A DNA stretch of 64,000 nucleotides, taken from contig BQFW01000008.1 of the NCBI GenBank assembly GCA_020891255.1, forward strand, positions 3,100,001-3,164,000. Direction: 5' to 3'. The DNA comes from Entomortierella parvispora E1425 (Eukaryota > Fungi > Mortierellomycota). The notes beneath the pieces are model-generated. The model was not told where the DNA came from. It searched no databases and worked only from the letters and a program-made list of their open reading frames with translations. Shown one piece after another: positions 1 to 12,241 of the stretch. Position 1 is the first letter of the stretch. Each line of letters begins with the position of its first letter. The translations under genes were made by a program, and so were the position numbers.

Positions 1-385
1 TTTCAACGACCTCTGCCATCATCCTCCTCCTCAGTTTTGTTACATCTCCCCAACGTCAAGCACTAGCTCAGTAAGGTTCATCTCCCTTTCTACTTTCTAT
101 AAAGAGGCAGCAGGTCCACAACCAATCTTGCCTCCAACACCCCGACTTCACAACATCCCTACATTGCCGCGATTGCTAGAGCCGCCCTTACGAACGATAC
201 CTGACCCAAAGCCATAGAACCTACCGACACCCATCTCGACTTTCACTTGTCGTACTCACGTAAGTCCGTTTGCTGGTCCTGATGGTGCTCATTTGTTAAT
301 TAACCAGGCTTCATGTCTGGCTGACATCTTTTATCACTGTCTTTGTTCCCTTCCAAAATCACACCGTCTTGGATCCAGTTGAAGT

Positions 386-655
386 ATGAAGCTGTTTATC
401 TCCGCTATGCTCCTGGCTATGGGCATGCAAGCCGTTGTGAATGCTAAATGCACTGTTATAACAACGACCCCAAAGACCCCCGGCAATCACCCAGCCAGCT
501 CAAGAACCCTTAGCTGCAAAGCAACCTGCGCTTATGTCCTCCATAATGTTGGCACTAATTTTGCTTGCTCTGGCGATCATGATAAACCTAATACCGTTCT
601 CTGCGGTTGTAGAGATGACCCTTGTCGTCCATTCCCTCCAAGTCTGGGCTGCTAG
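386..655 (+). CDS. Small secreted cysteine-rich peptide, defensin-like (CS-alpha-beta-type Cys spacing)
   Basis: 89-aa ORF with a hydrophobic signal peptide (MKLFISAMLLAMGMQAVVNA) and 8 Cys, including CxxxC (CKATC) and CxC (CGC). TATAAA lies at 98-103, and a probable 5'UTR intron starts GTAAGT at 260. Confidence 0.7.
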   Translation: MKLFISAMLLAMGMQAVVNAKCTVITTTPKTPGNHPASSRTLSCKATCAYVLHNVGTNFACSGDHDKPNTVLCGCRDDPCRPFPPSLGC

Positions 656-2093
656 TTCACATCCAAACAGTCATCCTTTGGAGTCTTTGAGTGCTTTACA
701 TCCTTAGGGGACTATATCATTCATACCAAACCCAGATTTCATCATTGTCCTAACTTGCAATCCAAAGACAAAAATAAAAAAAAAAAAAACTTGCACAGCT
801 GAAATTATGAGAAGCGTGAAAATAGGAAAACACAGTATTCAGGCATACGTCCTATCTGCACTCACGAAAAGTAAAGCGGTCCATCTCGTAGCGCCATGAT
901 GGAGGTTACACGGGACACGCTCTCGTTCAGATACTTCTAGTGAAAGCCTACTGAATTCAACCTGAGCCGTTCACGGCTTGCTTACTCTGGACGGTTATAC
1001 TTTTCTCGCGTTGACGCATTGCGCCAGACTCTGAAACATTCCTTGTTCAACTGAGATCGCAACTGCACATCCCATCCGCTTATTCACCGTGTAGATAGGG
1101 AAGTTCTTTCTCCACTCTATTAAGACTTATCGAGAGACAAAGAGTCCTGGCCCAAAAGGTAACGGGCCAATACAATGATATCAAGCACAGTGCAACGCAA
1201 TCCCTTCCACACGGCGTTTGGGATCCCGACGAGGTTTCTAATGTGGGATGTTACACTAGGCCTGTGCGCTGGTACTCTGAACAGGGCAGCCAGGATTCAC
1301 CAGAAAATGGCATACCACTACACTAGAACTTGGAGAAGGAATTTGTAGCCGTTTCTCGTCAACGGTACGGAATTGAAGGTATCCTGTCAGTGTGGTGCGT
1401 TCTAGTCGATCTACCTCTGCTCGTTTCCCGATGAGTCAGCCTCTGAATGTCAAGAGACTGCCCTTGATAATGATGCCAGCTTACACTCATCTATATGATA
1501 TCACAGTTGTGCACTATCAATCCGCAAACCGCTGGAGGTCGCCCTTCTTTCCCCGATCGACTGTGTTGCCGCTATTAAGAGATCTGACGTGAGGAGTTGC
1601 AGGATCCTTGTAAACATTATAACCCTCCGCTACTAAAAAAGGAGAGCGACCCAAATTTGCGACGAAGTTTGCGACCAGCTTTCAAGCCCATCTAGGGAGA
1701 AACGACCAAGTTCACTTCAAACATCACAACCTGGTCGCAAACTTAGTCGCTCTCGCTACTCATTGCTTCGATTGCTAATTGCTCTGCCACTATAAATGCC
1801 AAGATGGGGAGAGCGGCGGCATTCGATAGACCTTGTCCTTTTTTTTTTTTTTTTTTTTTTTTTGGGCGCCCCCACATGGATGCCTCTATTCCAGATTCTT
1901 CCAGTCTCATTTTTTGTAAAAAAGTAGCTTTAATTTGACAATGGTGAAATGAAAGGGGGAAAGTGGAGCGAAGCGGGGAATAGAAGTGATAAAAAGCAGG
2001 CATCCTCAGAGAAACAGATAAAAAAAAAGAAGGAAGTTCAAGAAAAGCCGGTCCCAAATCAAGGCACTCCAACTTTCCATTTGAGCCTCTTTC

Positions 2094-3490
2094 TTAGTTT
2101 TGCTTCTTCTCAAAACGCTGAGGCTGCTGCACGCTCAAGTTCCAGAAGATACCCATGATGCCGATGGGCACGATGATGAACGCAACCAACAATCCCATGA
2201 AGATACCCTGTGAGAAGAATGTGTAGTGGTGGAAGAGTCCAGACTGGGTGGGCGTAGGTGATGGTGGTTGTTCAGGAAGCTGGCGAGCGCTCAATTTCTG
2301 CTCATGAGGGAACTCCTTTGTCTGGCTAGTCGAGTACAGGACCAAATAGTTGTCTTGGAAACGGTCCCGAACCTCAGAGATGATGGTATCCAATGCTTGA
2401 TCTATACCGTGCATAGTGAAGTTGCTCTGTCAGCCTCTCCAAGTCCTTTTTGAAGAAACAAAAATGACGTGGTGACTTCCAGCGTAAATCATGTGGTCGC
2501 TTTGTTCACTCTTACCATTTTCCTTAACAGAGTCTGAGGTCAACTTCTTGTAAAAGACAGATGGTCCTTCGGCGGTAGCGACAGCATCTACAATGATTCA
2601 TTAATGAGTGATAAGTCGTCTGTGTCCTATGGGTCCAACATTGATCGCGATATCTAGTCCATGCAAGTCCTGTTCTCCGTTTACCTTTGTGGTAATCGAC
2701 GTCAAAGAATGGTGTGTGGCACTTTTGAGAAAGAGACTCTCCCAGCTTCTCGAGGTCGACGGCTCCCTGAACAAAGGGAATCTGAAGTGAACTTCCTGCA
2801 GATTGGATCTGGTACTAATGAGCCATACGAAATAATAAAAAATGTCACTTGTCAGTCTCCTTTGTCTTTCCATTCCTCCTTAATCCAGTACTTTGGACTT
2901 GAATTTGCTTCGGATTCCAAATGGTCGATGGAGTATCCTGAATTCTGTACCTTCAACTTGTCTCGTCCACTGCGTCCCAAATCCGAGGCATGAAGCTATT
3001 TACAAAGTCGATAGACGTTTTAGCAATCCAGAATAGAGACAAGAACTAGCATAGTCCTCGACACACCCAACGTGTTCATTACCTCCAACTCGTCGACAAC
3101 CAAGATCGCCTTGTGCGAACAATCGACGAGATCATAAATGCCATTCTTCAAGTCCTGGACAGAGACAACCTGTGCATTCAAGTTCTTGGCCGCATTCAAT
3201 CTACATTCATGAAATCAGAGAGCAAAAGAGAGTCAGGAGAGGTGTCTTTTGTGAACACGGGATAGGATGCAGTCCTGCATTGCCGTGGTGCAAATGTTGC
3301 AAGGCAGCCTTCGACTCGAAAGAGCATGTGACCCACAGGCACATGACAACCCAAGTCCATCCAGACGACACAAAGGGGCGATCCCACCTTACCCATTCGA
3401 GGACCAGGCCAAAAACGGACTCGTCTTTTCAAAGGCCGCAACCTCATAGACGGCTGTAAGCAGGAGGGAGAGCAGGACCGAGGAACGCAT
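2094..3490 (-). CDS. BIG1/Ac45-Voa1-like ER / V-ATPase accessory type I membrane protein (multi-exon)
   Basis: N-terminal signal peptide MRSSVLLSLLLTAVYEVAAF followed by TSPFLAWS. The last exon has the typical LFHHYTFFSQGIFMGLLVAFIIVPIGIMGIFWNLSVQQP..FEK TM segment. Internal exon boundaries were not all resolved. Confidence 0.75.
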
Positions 3491-4329
3491 GGAGGGAATG
3501 TGATGAGGGGGAGTAGGGGATGGAGTAGAGAGCGAATGGATGCATGCATCCTCTGCTCTCCTGGCCTTCCTACAAGTCGACAATGAATGAGAGAAAACGC
3601 GTCCCGCTGTTAAGGGGTGTATTTCTTCAGTTTCCTCTTCCCCGCACGCACTCACGCTTGGATCGCTTCTCGTGGACAACGATCGCTTGTTCCACGATAA
3701 ATGGTACTTCAGAATTGGTCAAGGAAGAACTGAAGTAGAATCTGACGCGACACAATCGCGGTATCACAAGGCAAAGCAAGGCAGAGCATGCACTTCTTTT
3801 CGATTCTTGCTGCTCTCCGCCTCGGTCCATCTTTCAGCTCGTTTCTCTTCATCAACTTGTCTTCCATCTCTCCCATCTCTCCATTTCATCTCTTCTCTCT
3901 CATTTGGTCATCATTCACATTTTGTCTCCATTGATATAATACTGGTAAGCACTCTGGAACGGTTGTGCCAGGAACAGAAACAAGGAGAAGTGTATGTGGA
4001 ATGGTTGCTTACGTTAAAAGTCTTTATTTCAAATGCATACCATAGACTGCCTAAACGCTCAGCATCGTGTCCTTGCTTCCTGAGGAGAGAATACATATCA
4101 GTCGTGTCGAGGTACAGAATGCAAACAATCATCACAGTCTTTTTATTCAAAAGCATGTCTGCAGTTGTCCTGGAAAAGTCGCTTATCCTCTTTGCGTGGT
4201 GACCCAATAGAAGACACCTCTCGTTCCTAGTCAGTTATCCCCACAGGACACTCTTTCGCGTTCCACTCCGGTCGGCAAGGCACATATCATCGCCAACGCA
4301 CCACCCTCCCTGACAACGCTTGCTTCTGC

Positions 4330-6221
4330 GCCAATGCCTTTGACCACCAGCCTGCCTCTGCCCTCAACCTCTCCACTCCTGAACAAGGTCAACACCGATC
4401 CCGACATCGAATTTGCGACTGATGTTCTTCTTCGCCAACGGTCAAGAGTCTACGACAGACGCGCTATATATATCCAGTTGCTGTCAAAACACGACTTTCG
4501 AGCATAGAAGGTGTCCTTGTCGAATTATAAGAGCAGACAAAGAGTTTTCTTGAGAGAAAGAGCCAGGTCCTACTCATCCTTGGAGACTCCAGCGCTAGCA
4601 AGTCGACATTTGGGTTGCGTTTAGAGAACGATCTGCGAGCCGCATACAAGGCAGGGGGCACCATCCCACTTTTCATTGATTTGAAAATAATCGACGCACC
4701 AGACAAGGACATGATCCATCAGCATCTGGGCGACATGGGCCTTTTCACTGACCAGCAAATTTAAGACATGCAGCGATCTCGACAGTTTATTCTGATCTGC
4801 GATGGCTATGACGAATATCGCAAATGGACCAACCTCCATACTAGAAATCAGTTCAACAGACCTCGACAATGGCAAGCCAAGATGATCATCAGCTGTCGTA
4901 CTCAGTATGTGGGACCCAACTACCGCAACTACTTTGAGCCAGAAACAGCGACCGTCGACAACCCCAACTTTTCTCATTCATCGGACCTGTTTGAGGAAGC
5001 TGTGATTGTCCCTTTCAGAACCACTCAGATCAACGAGTATATCGAATTATTCACCCAGGGACCAAACACCATGGAGTACCCCGGTCAAGATTCAGGGTGG
5101 AGCACGGAGCAGTATATGGAGCGCCTCAAAAGTATATCCCACCTGATGGAACTGGCCAAGAATCCCTTTATGCTCAAGATGATCTTGGACGTCCTCCCGA
5201 CAATCGCCAAATCGACCACCAAGATGACGCGAGTCGAACTCTATGATCGTTTTGTGGAATTTCATTTCAAGTCGGAACAACGGCGATTGAAGGCTCAACA
5301 CTTCCAGTGGCAAGATGGACAATGGAACTATTTCAGTCTTCATATCACTCCAAAACGAGGAACTCACTGCTCTTGGACTGGATCTCTCTAAGCAACTCTC
5401 CCTCCACATCTTCAAAGAACTGGAGGGTCTCAACTCGGTGACTTACTCGGTCATGCTGGACAGTCCATCGTGGAAGGAAAATTCTTTGGGTCCGATGCTC
5501 AGGTTATGAACTCTTGGATGCCTTGAAAGGTGACGACCCTTCTTTGAGTGGCCACGACGATTATGTGTGGTCTGTGGCGTACTCTCCAACCCGACATCAG
5601 ATCGCATCAGGCAGCTGGGATAAGACAATACAACTGTGGAATACACAGACCGGCGAACATCAATCTACATTGCGTGGCCACGCCCACTATGTCATGTCTC
5701 TGGCATACTCACCCAGCGGTCTTCACATCGCATCAGGCAGTGCGGACACGACCATTCGACTCTGGAATGCAGAGATTGGAGAACTGGTCTCGACCTTGAG
5801 CGGCCACACCGGCTATGTAAATTCTGTGGCGTATTCCCCTTGCGGCAACATGATTGCCTCAGGCAGTGACGACATGACTGTGAGGGTTTGGCATGTAGGA
5901 TCGGGTGAATGTCTGTCGATATTGTATGGTTTTCGGGGGAGGGTCCATAGCGTTATTTGGATGTCACAGCCTGATGGCACGTATCTCGTAACCGGTTGCC
6001 TAGACAAGTCTGTGCGCTGCTGGAAAATCATGGAAGGAAGGGGCCAGTATGAATTCGACTTGCAATGGCAGTCATCGCCACCGCTACTTGTTCTATCGAA
6101 AGCCACGATCCAAGGCGTGAAAGAATTAAGCACGACGGGCTTGAAGCTGTTTTTGCAGCAGAAGGCCGTGGGTCTGCCAGCCACATCGAATTTGGACTCG
6201 GGAGGTTCGGTAGACATGTAG
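4330..6221 (+). pseudogene. Degenerate NACHT-NTPase + WD40 (NLR-like) gene
   Basis: Degenerate Walker A (LILGDSSASKST, ~4570-4610) and a Walker B (FILICDGYDE, ~4785-4815). In-frame TAA stops occur upstream of 4768 and the frame breaks near 5320 and 5510. About four WD40 repeats (GH..V.SVAYSP....ASGS.D.T..LW) lie in 5514-6221. The 5' boundary is approximate. Confidence 0.8.
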
Positions 6222-6819
6222 TTGATCTCTTACCTTCACACATTAAAACGATACCAAAATCCATTCGTTTCGAGCGAGATCATCGGCCTCATCCACCTTC
6301 TCGAGTACGTCAATGAGTTTGGATTGTTTGCACTTTTGGTTAGAACAATAAAAAGCTGTATATTTATTTTTTTTGGAGGAAAAAAACTCAGATGAAGAAG
6401 GTGCAGAGCGGACACTATGACGATGACGAGTGAGGAAGGACTTCATGTTTTCAAAGCAAAAACAAAATAATAGAAAAGGATGCGGTAAAGTGAAGAGGAA
6501 GGGAAGATGGAGGGGAGGGGAAAGAAAAATACAATAATAAAAACACAAAAAAATTCAAGCCGACAAAAGTGAGGATCAACCATGGAGCAAAAAAGAGATT
6601 CGAACAAGCATGTCCTTCGTCCCAGCTTCCAAAGCGTCCCTGCTTTTCGTTCGTTTCTCATTCTTTTCAAGGGTGGGAGGGGGTCTTCTTTTTTGGGTTG
6701 TTTTGTTTTTGCGTGCAAGAGAGTGCGAGGGTGGGTATCAAAAATGGAGGGAGGGGAGAAGTGCAAAGAGTGAAAAAAAGATGAAAAAAAAAGGAAACAA
6801 AATTTCAGAAACCTTTTTT

Positions 6820-9800
6820 TTAGGCCTTGATCTTGCGTTCTTCCACTTCCACCTCCACTGCTGCTACCCAACGGGCCAACTCGTCGGCCTTGTCAAAGAC
6901 CTTGCCAAAGTAGATCACGGCCTGCTCGCCATCCTTGGCTGCCTTCTCCTGCTCGGCACGGCGTCTCTCATGAGCCTCAATTTCCTTTTGGAATCGGTTC
7001 TGGATCTCCCAGGCGTTGCTCTTGAACACACGACGGCACTCCTTCGTGATGCGCATGGCCTCGTTGTGGACCATGGTGCTTTCCCGGACATGGTTGCGGA
7101 GCTTGCGAGCAGTCTTGCGGGCAAGGGCGTGCTTCATATCTGCAGCAATGTACACAAGAAGACCCAAACCAGCCGCAGTCACAACGGGCACGGCCCACTT
7201 GCGGACATTGGAGACACCCACAGTGTTGGTGATGTCAAACAGGCTGTGGATCAAGGATTTGTAGCCGAGAGCCTTGCTCGAGAACATGGTAACGGCACCG
7301 AGAGAGACACTGGCGACACCGAGCTTATCTTGAACCTCGAAAATATCGGCAAAGTCCAAAGAAAGCTCATCCTTGAGCTTTCCAGTCGAGATGCGGACGG
7401 CATCGGGCTTGGAGAAGAGAGTCATGGCATCAGCCTGGGCCATGGCGCTAGAGTCCTCAGCGATCGTGAGGATATCAGAGACACCAGAGCGGGTCTTTTC
7501 CTTGGCTTCCACTTCACAGTTCTTGACACGGTCCACAAAGAGGTCGGCCATGACATAACGAAGATCGGTGGCGTATTGCCAGATGTGCAAAAGACCGTTC
7601 CAGGGAACGAGGGCTGAAGCAGCGTTCTCAATATCATCGACAGCGTTGCTGAGCTTTTCACGGGTCATAGAGTCGATCACGGAGCAGGTCTCCTCGGCCA
7701 AACGCTCGACCTTCTCGAGGACGACCTCGCGGCGGATCAAAGTCTCTTGGTACTCGGGCTCAGCGCGCTCGAGCTCCAAACGAACCTTGGCCAGTTCCTC
7801 AGAGGCCATCTGGCGGTTAGATTCGGAAAGGACGCAGACATCACTGAGGATGTTCTCAAGGTAGACCTTGGCAGGGGCAAGCTTGGACTTGCAACGCTTC
7901 TCGAGAACAAAAGAGCGCAAGCACTCCTCGAGTCTCAAAAAGTCATCGGGAAGGGGGCCGTCCTTGATGGTCTCGGGCAAGCAAGAGCCGGCAGAGACAA
8001 AGTGAACAAGCTCGTCAGCATCCTCGTAGGTCTTGGCAGAGAGCTGCTTGATCTGATCCAGAATGACCCGCTTGCAACGCTCCTTGTCACGGATCGAGTC
8101 GAAGCGGTTGACGACGATGAAAATGTGAGTCTTCTCGTTGGCGGCATTCCAGAGGAACTCTTTGCCCTATATTGATATAATTAACAACGAGGGAGAACAT
8201 TGAGTCAGCGAGTTGTTGATATTCGGGTCTAGGCAAACAGGAATGTTGTTTTGACTCTTCGCCTCCCACCACGCGTCTTCCCCAGACAGCTGAGAACGTA
8301 AAAAAAAAAAAAAAAAAAAAAAAAGAGCGGGGTCCTTTTGCCATGCAAATGTACTGTCGCACAAGGTCGACGGTTGCGGGCTGGCATTGAAAAGTGAAAA
8401 ATGGCGCGCTGGCCATACGTCCGTCCGTGTCAACAAAGATGGCGATGGGTTCCCATGAAAAAATCTTGAGCAGATGTTGTGGGTGGGTGAGCCACACACG
8501 GGTGACATCAGACGGACAGGCACGAAATAATTTTTTTCGGCCGGAAGACAAGGCTAGTTTGTCCCAGCCTGACTTGCTGCCCCTGCACCAACAAATGGAT
8601 GACTAACACCACGCAGTGCGGTGCGGGATGGTAGTCTTTGCTGGTACAGCTGTCTGTGTGTGGCATGTGTGTGTCATGATCACTCACTCACGCAGAGCTA
8701 GTTAGCCACCTCACATCCCCATCATACCGACCATTGGTCATTCATTCAACCAGCCAACAATAGAACTTCCAGGGGAATAAGGGGGACAGGGCTTCACACG
8801 CGAGTCATTAACGAAAAATTATAGAGTCATGTAAAGAAATGCAGGTACTGGCTGCAGGACAACTTACAGAGAGCGTAAAGTGGTTCTCGGCAGAGACCAC
8901 AAACACGACGACATCGATCTCCTGCTGGCGCGCAAAGAGCGCCGTGGTCTTGACAGAGTCGCGGTTCAGGCCGGGTGAGTCGATCAAAGCAATGTCGACG
9001 ACTCCGTTGTGAAGCAAAGAGTCGTTGACCTTGCGACGATCTGTGCAGTACACCTTAAGCTGAGCATAATCCTCATAACCATCGATCACATCGTTCATGA
9101 ACTTCTCGAGGTGGCGCATGTCAACAACGGTGAAGGTGTTGGGATCCTCGCGGTTATAGAGCGAAGGCTCCTTGATGGCGTGCACGGCCTCTTGACCCTC
9201 ATTCTCCTGGGCGTCCAAGACTTCGCAGAACAAGGACGTGCAGGGCTGTTGATCAATGGGCAGGATGGTGCGCTGCATCAGAGCGTTCACGAGCGTGGAC
9301 TTGCCTGCGTTCAGATCTCCAGTGATAAGGACCTTGGAGCTCTTGTCGGACACACGCTGGTAGAGGTTGTCGAGGTGCTTGCTGCTTTGCTGAATACGAC
9401 CGTCCAAGAGGTGGGCGATCGTGTTGCGCTCGAGTCCGCGCAAGAGGGTGTCGTTGCCGGTCGCGTAGTTTCCGACCTTGAGGTCCAACTTGAGCACGTT
9501 GAGTTCAGGAATGAGACGACCAACAGAGGGGATCGACTCTGCAGGTGTGTGGGCGTGCTGTGGGGAACCGGGAACAGAGGTGAAGGAGCGTTGGAGGCGA
9601 GATTGACCGGGCAGAGAACGCTCCTCTTCCTCGGGGTGGAATGAGGCGGAGCGGCGGAGGGGATGGCCCGAGGCACCACTGGCAGCAGCTGATGCAGCAG
9701 CGGCTACCGAAGGGATCTGGAGACTAGGGTAGTAGGTCTGCCATGCCTTTGTGGCATTGGTTTCCCGGATCTCCTCCAAGAGTCCCTTTGTGTTTACGAT

Positions 9801-10034
9801 AAGACTGAGGAGGCGATTACTCTTGTCTGCAAAGATCTGCTGGTTCAGAATCAAGTTGGGGTGCGGGCTGTCCTGGTTGGCGGCAGCGGCGGCAGCTGCA
9901 TAGGACAGCGAGGGGAGGACGTTGTGTGTAGTCGAGGTGGAGGACTGGTGTCTATCAGCCTCGTCGAGACTGAGGCGAGGCAGCGAGTTCCTCCTTTGCG
10001 CAGGAGCGTGCTGAGCAGAGAAGTATGAAGTCAT
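6820..10034 (-). CDS. FZO1: Mitofusin (dynamin-like GTPase), 2 exons: 10034-8868 and 8166-6820
   Basis: G1 GDLNAGKST, G3 DSPG and VVFVVSAENHFTLS/GKEFL..A..EK..IFIVVNRFD are present, followed by two C-terminal hydrophobic segments and a coiled coil. An in-phase GTAAGT...ATAG intron spans 8867-8167. Confidence 0.93.
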
Positions 10035-11642
10035 GATGTCGGATGTCTATAGTGCCGACAGAAGGAGAAGGAGAGGAAGACGAGATTCGATATCGGGATC
10101 GGATGGGTTGGATCGAGAATGGACACAGGCCAGTGAGCAATGGTGTCGGAAGAGCAGGAAAGAGAGAAGGAATAAGTGAGTGAGTGAGAGCCAATGGGAT
10201 TGATTTGATTCTATGAACGTGAAAAATAAAAAAAGTCGGGAGGTGCGAATGGATGTACAGGCTTATGAAAAGATTAAGGGCGAGTGGAGAATATTGAATG
10301 CAAAAGTAAGAAGAGTGAAGAGTGGGGAGTGAAGGAGCTAAGGTATGTATGACAAATGAATGAACGAGCAAAGAGAGAAGAAAGAAAAGAGAGAGAAAGG
10401 AAAGGGCGCACAGGCACAGAGGAAAGACCGGTCCGACAAGGCGGGGCTGGGTGGGACTGCTGTCTCGCGCACAGAGTGCCAAAAAGGGGATCTGATACAG
10501 GCGATACTGCGATCGGATATCCGATGGGGTGCGCGGGCGTGTTCGGGGGATGGGGAGCAAAGAGGAGCAGGCTGCAGTCAAGATGATCTTGACAGAGCAG
10601 CAGTAGGACGCAAGGATGGACAGTGGGGAAGAAGGGCAATGGAAGGCACGAGCAGAATAGCTGTAGCTGCGAGATATGGTGTCCTGGCAAAGGGAACAAA
10701 ACAGAGGACACAAGGGGTTCCCCAAATGCCTGTGCGTGTGAATGGGTCGGATACGAGAACCACGGATAAAGGGGTCCACAGAACGAAGACAAGATAGGAA
10801 GAAAGGGAGCCACCCTGCGAGCAAACGAGGGATAGAGAACAGGACGAGCAAGCGAGGATGGAATCAAAAGATTCACCCTCCAATTAGATCAGGGAGTAGT
10901 GAGGGTATTGCATGCATGCACACTCTTTACTGTTGGTGGCCAAATCCGTCTTGGCGCGAGAGGGAGTCTGTCTGTCTGTCGATGGCAGAGTGAGTGTGCG
11001 TGTGAAAGGAAGGACGGTGAAGAGGAGGGAAAGAGAGAGGACAGGACTGAACGGTGCGGTTGTAAAGGGAATAACAGTCGAAGTTGTGAAGAAGCCAACG
11101 GACTATTGTAAAAAAAAAAAAAAAAAGGTTCCTTTACCTGCTGGGTTCTGATTCGGCTCGTCTGGATTGAAAGATCCGGTACAAGAGATGACGGAGAGGG
11201 AGAGACAGGGAGGGAAGGTGGTATTCTCGAGAAAGAGGGCGGAGGGGGAAGGCTCAATCAAAGAGGTGGGAGTGCAATTGCAAAAGAGGAATGGCTCTAC
11301 ACTTAGTCGCCAACAAAGCAGGGGATGGCAATGCGAGGAGGAGGGAGGGAAGAGAGAGAGCGATCCCGAGGTGCCAGCTGGCTGGTCTGTCCATAGCCAG
11401 CCAGTGAGGCCCGAAAAGGGTGGTCTCACGACATGGAACATGGAACATGGCAAGTGGGAAGAGTGAGTGAGTGAGTGAATGTACAGAATGCACACCTCTG
11501 ATCCATACGGTGATGTCACCTATAAGTCACGTGCATTGATCCAATGGATCAAAAGACTCAGGAGCAAGATCTTTCCTTTCTTGGCCAGTTCAATCAGTCA
11601 ATGGCGCAAGAGCAACTCTTTTTTTTTTTTTTTTTTTTCCTC

Positions 11643-11679
11643 TCGTTCGTTCGTTCGTTCGTTCGTTCGTTCGTTCGTT
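11643..11679. repeat. (TTCG)n microsatellite upstream of the carrier gene
   Basis: About 9 perfect tetranucleotide units following a T-homopolymer. Confidence 0.9.
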
Positions 11680-12241
11680 ACTCACATACACTCACACTCA
11701 CACAGACAGAGGTCTCCTCTCTGCTTCGCACTCTTCCTCTCTTCCTTTGTCTTCTCTTCTCCTCCCTTGCACTCTCTCGTCCCTCCTTCTCCTCCTCCTC
11801 TCCTCGCCTCGACTCATTGCCACTGCATTCCTCCATTCCACTCATTTGGATTCCCTGTTTCTTTGCTTTTTCTCCTCTTCTATTTGTTGTCCCTGGCAAA
11901 AGGTTTGTCCTGCATCCCTCTCGTCTTCCTCGCCCTCCCTTCTTTCCTGTTTCTCGAAATCAAAGCTCGATATGAGATTTCTTCCCAGGGGGTCACCTCG
12001 GCCTGCAGTCGCCGTGTGGACTCGACTCTTCCGTATAACTAACCCTTCTCTTGACCCGCCACTTTCGTCTAGAAACAACAACTTGTCTTTTTCTCCGCTG
12101 CGCTCTATCTGATCGGACCTCCACAGAATTGCGCCCAACAAAAAAAAAACAAAAGAAATCCATCATACCCACCCCCTCCTTTTCCCACTGCACAACGACC
12201 TTTGCTTTCTTTTCTTCTCGCTTTCCTGACTTTTCCCCACC

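Noticed and set aside
800-1750. Non-coding-looking stretch after the defensin-like gene, possibly a relic element
   Set aside because: No ORF with recognisable motifs, no repeats and no termini were found.
6610-7617. 335-aa plus-strand ORF (also 9009-9644, 20851-21414 and others)
   Set aside because: Antisense shadows of well-supported genes (FZO1, the membrane protein) caused by codon bias, with no independent motifs.
9955-12140. Several long ORFs rich in Phe/Leu/Ser or Arg/Glu/Lys
   Set aside because: Produced by CT/GA-rich promoter and UTR sequence of the divergent FZO1 and carrier genes. Compositional artefacts.
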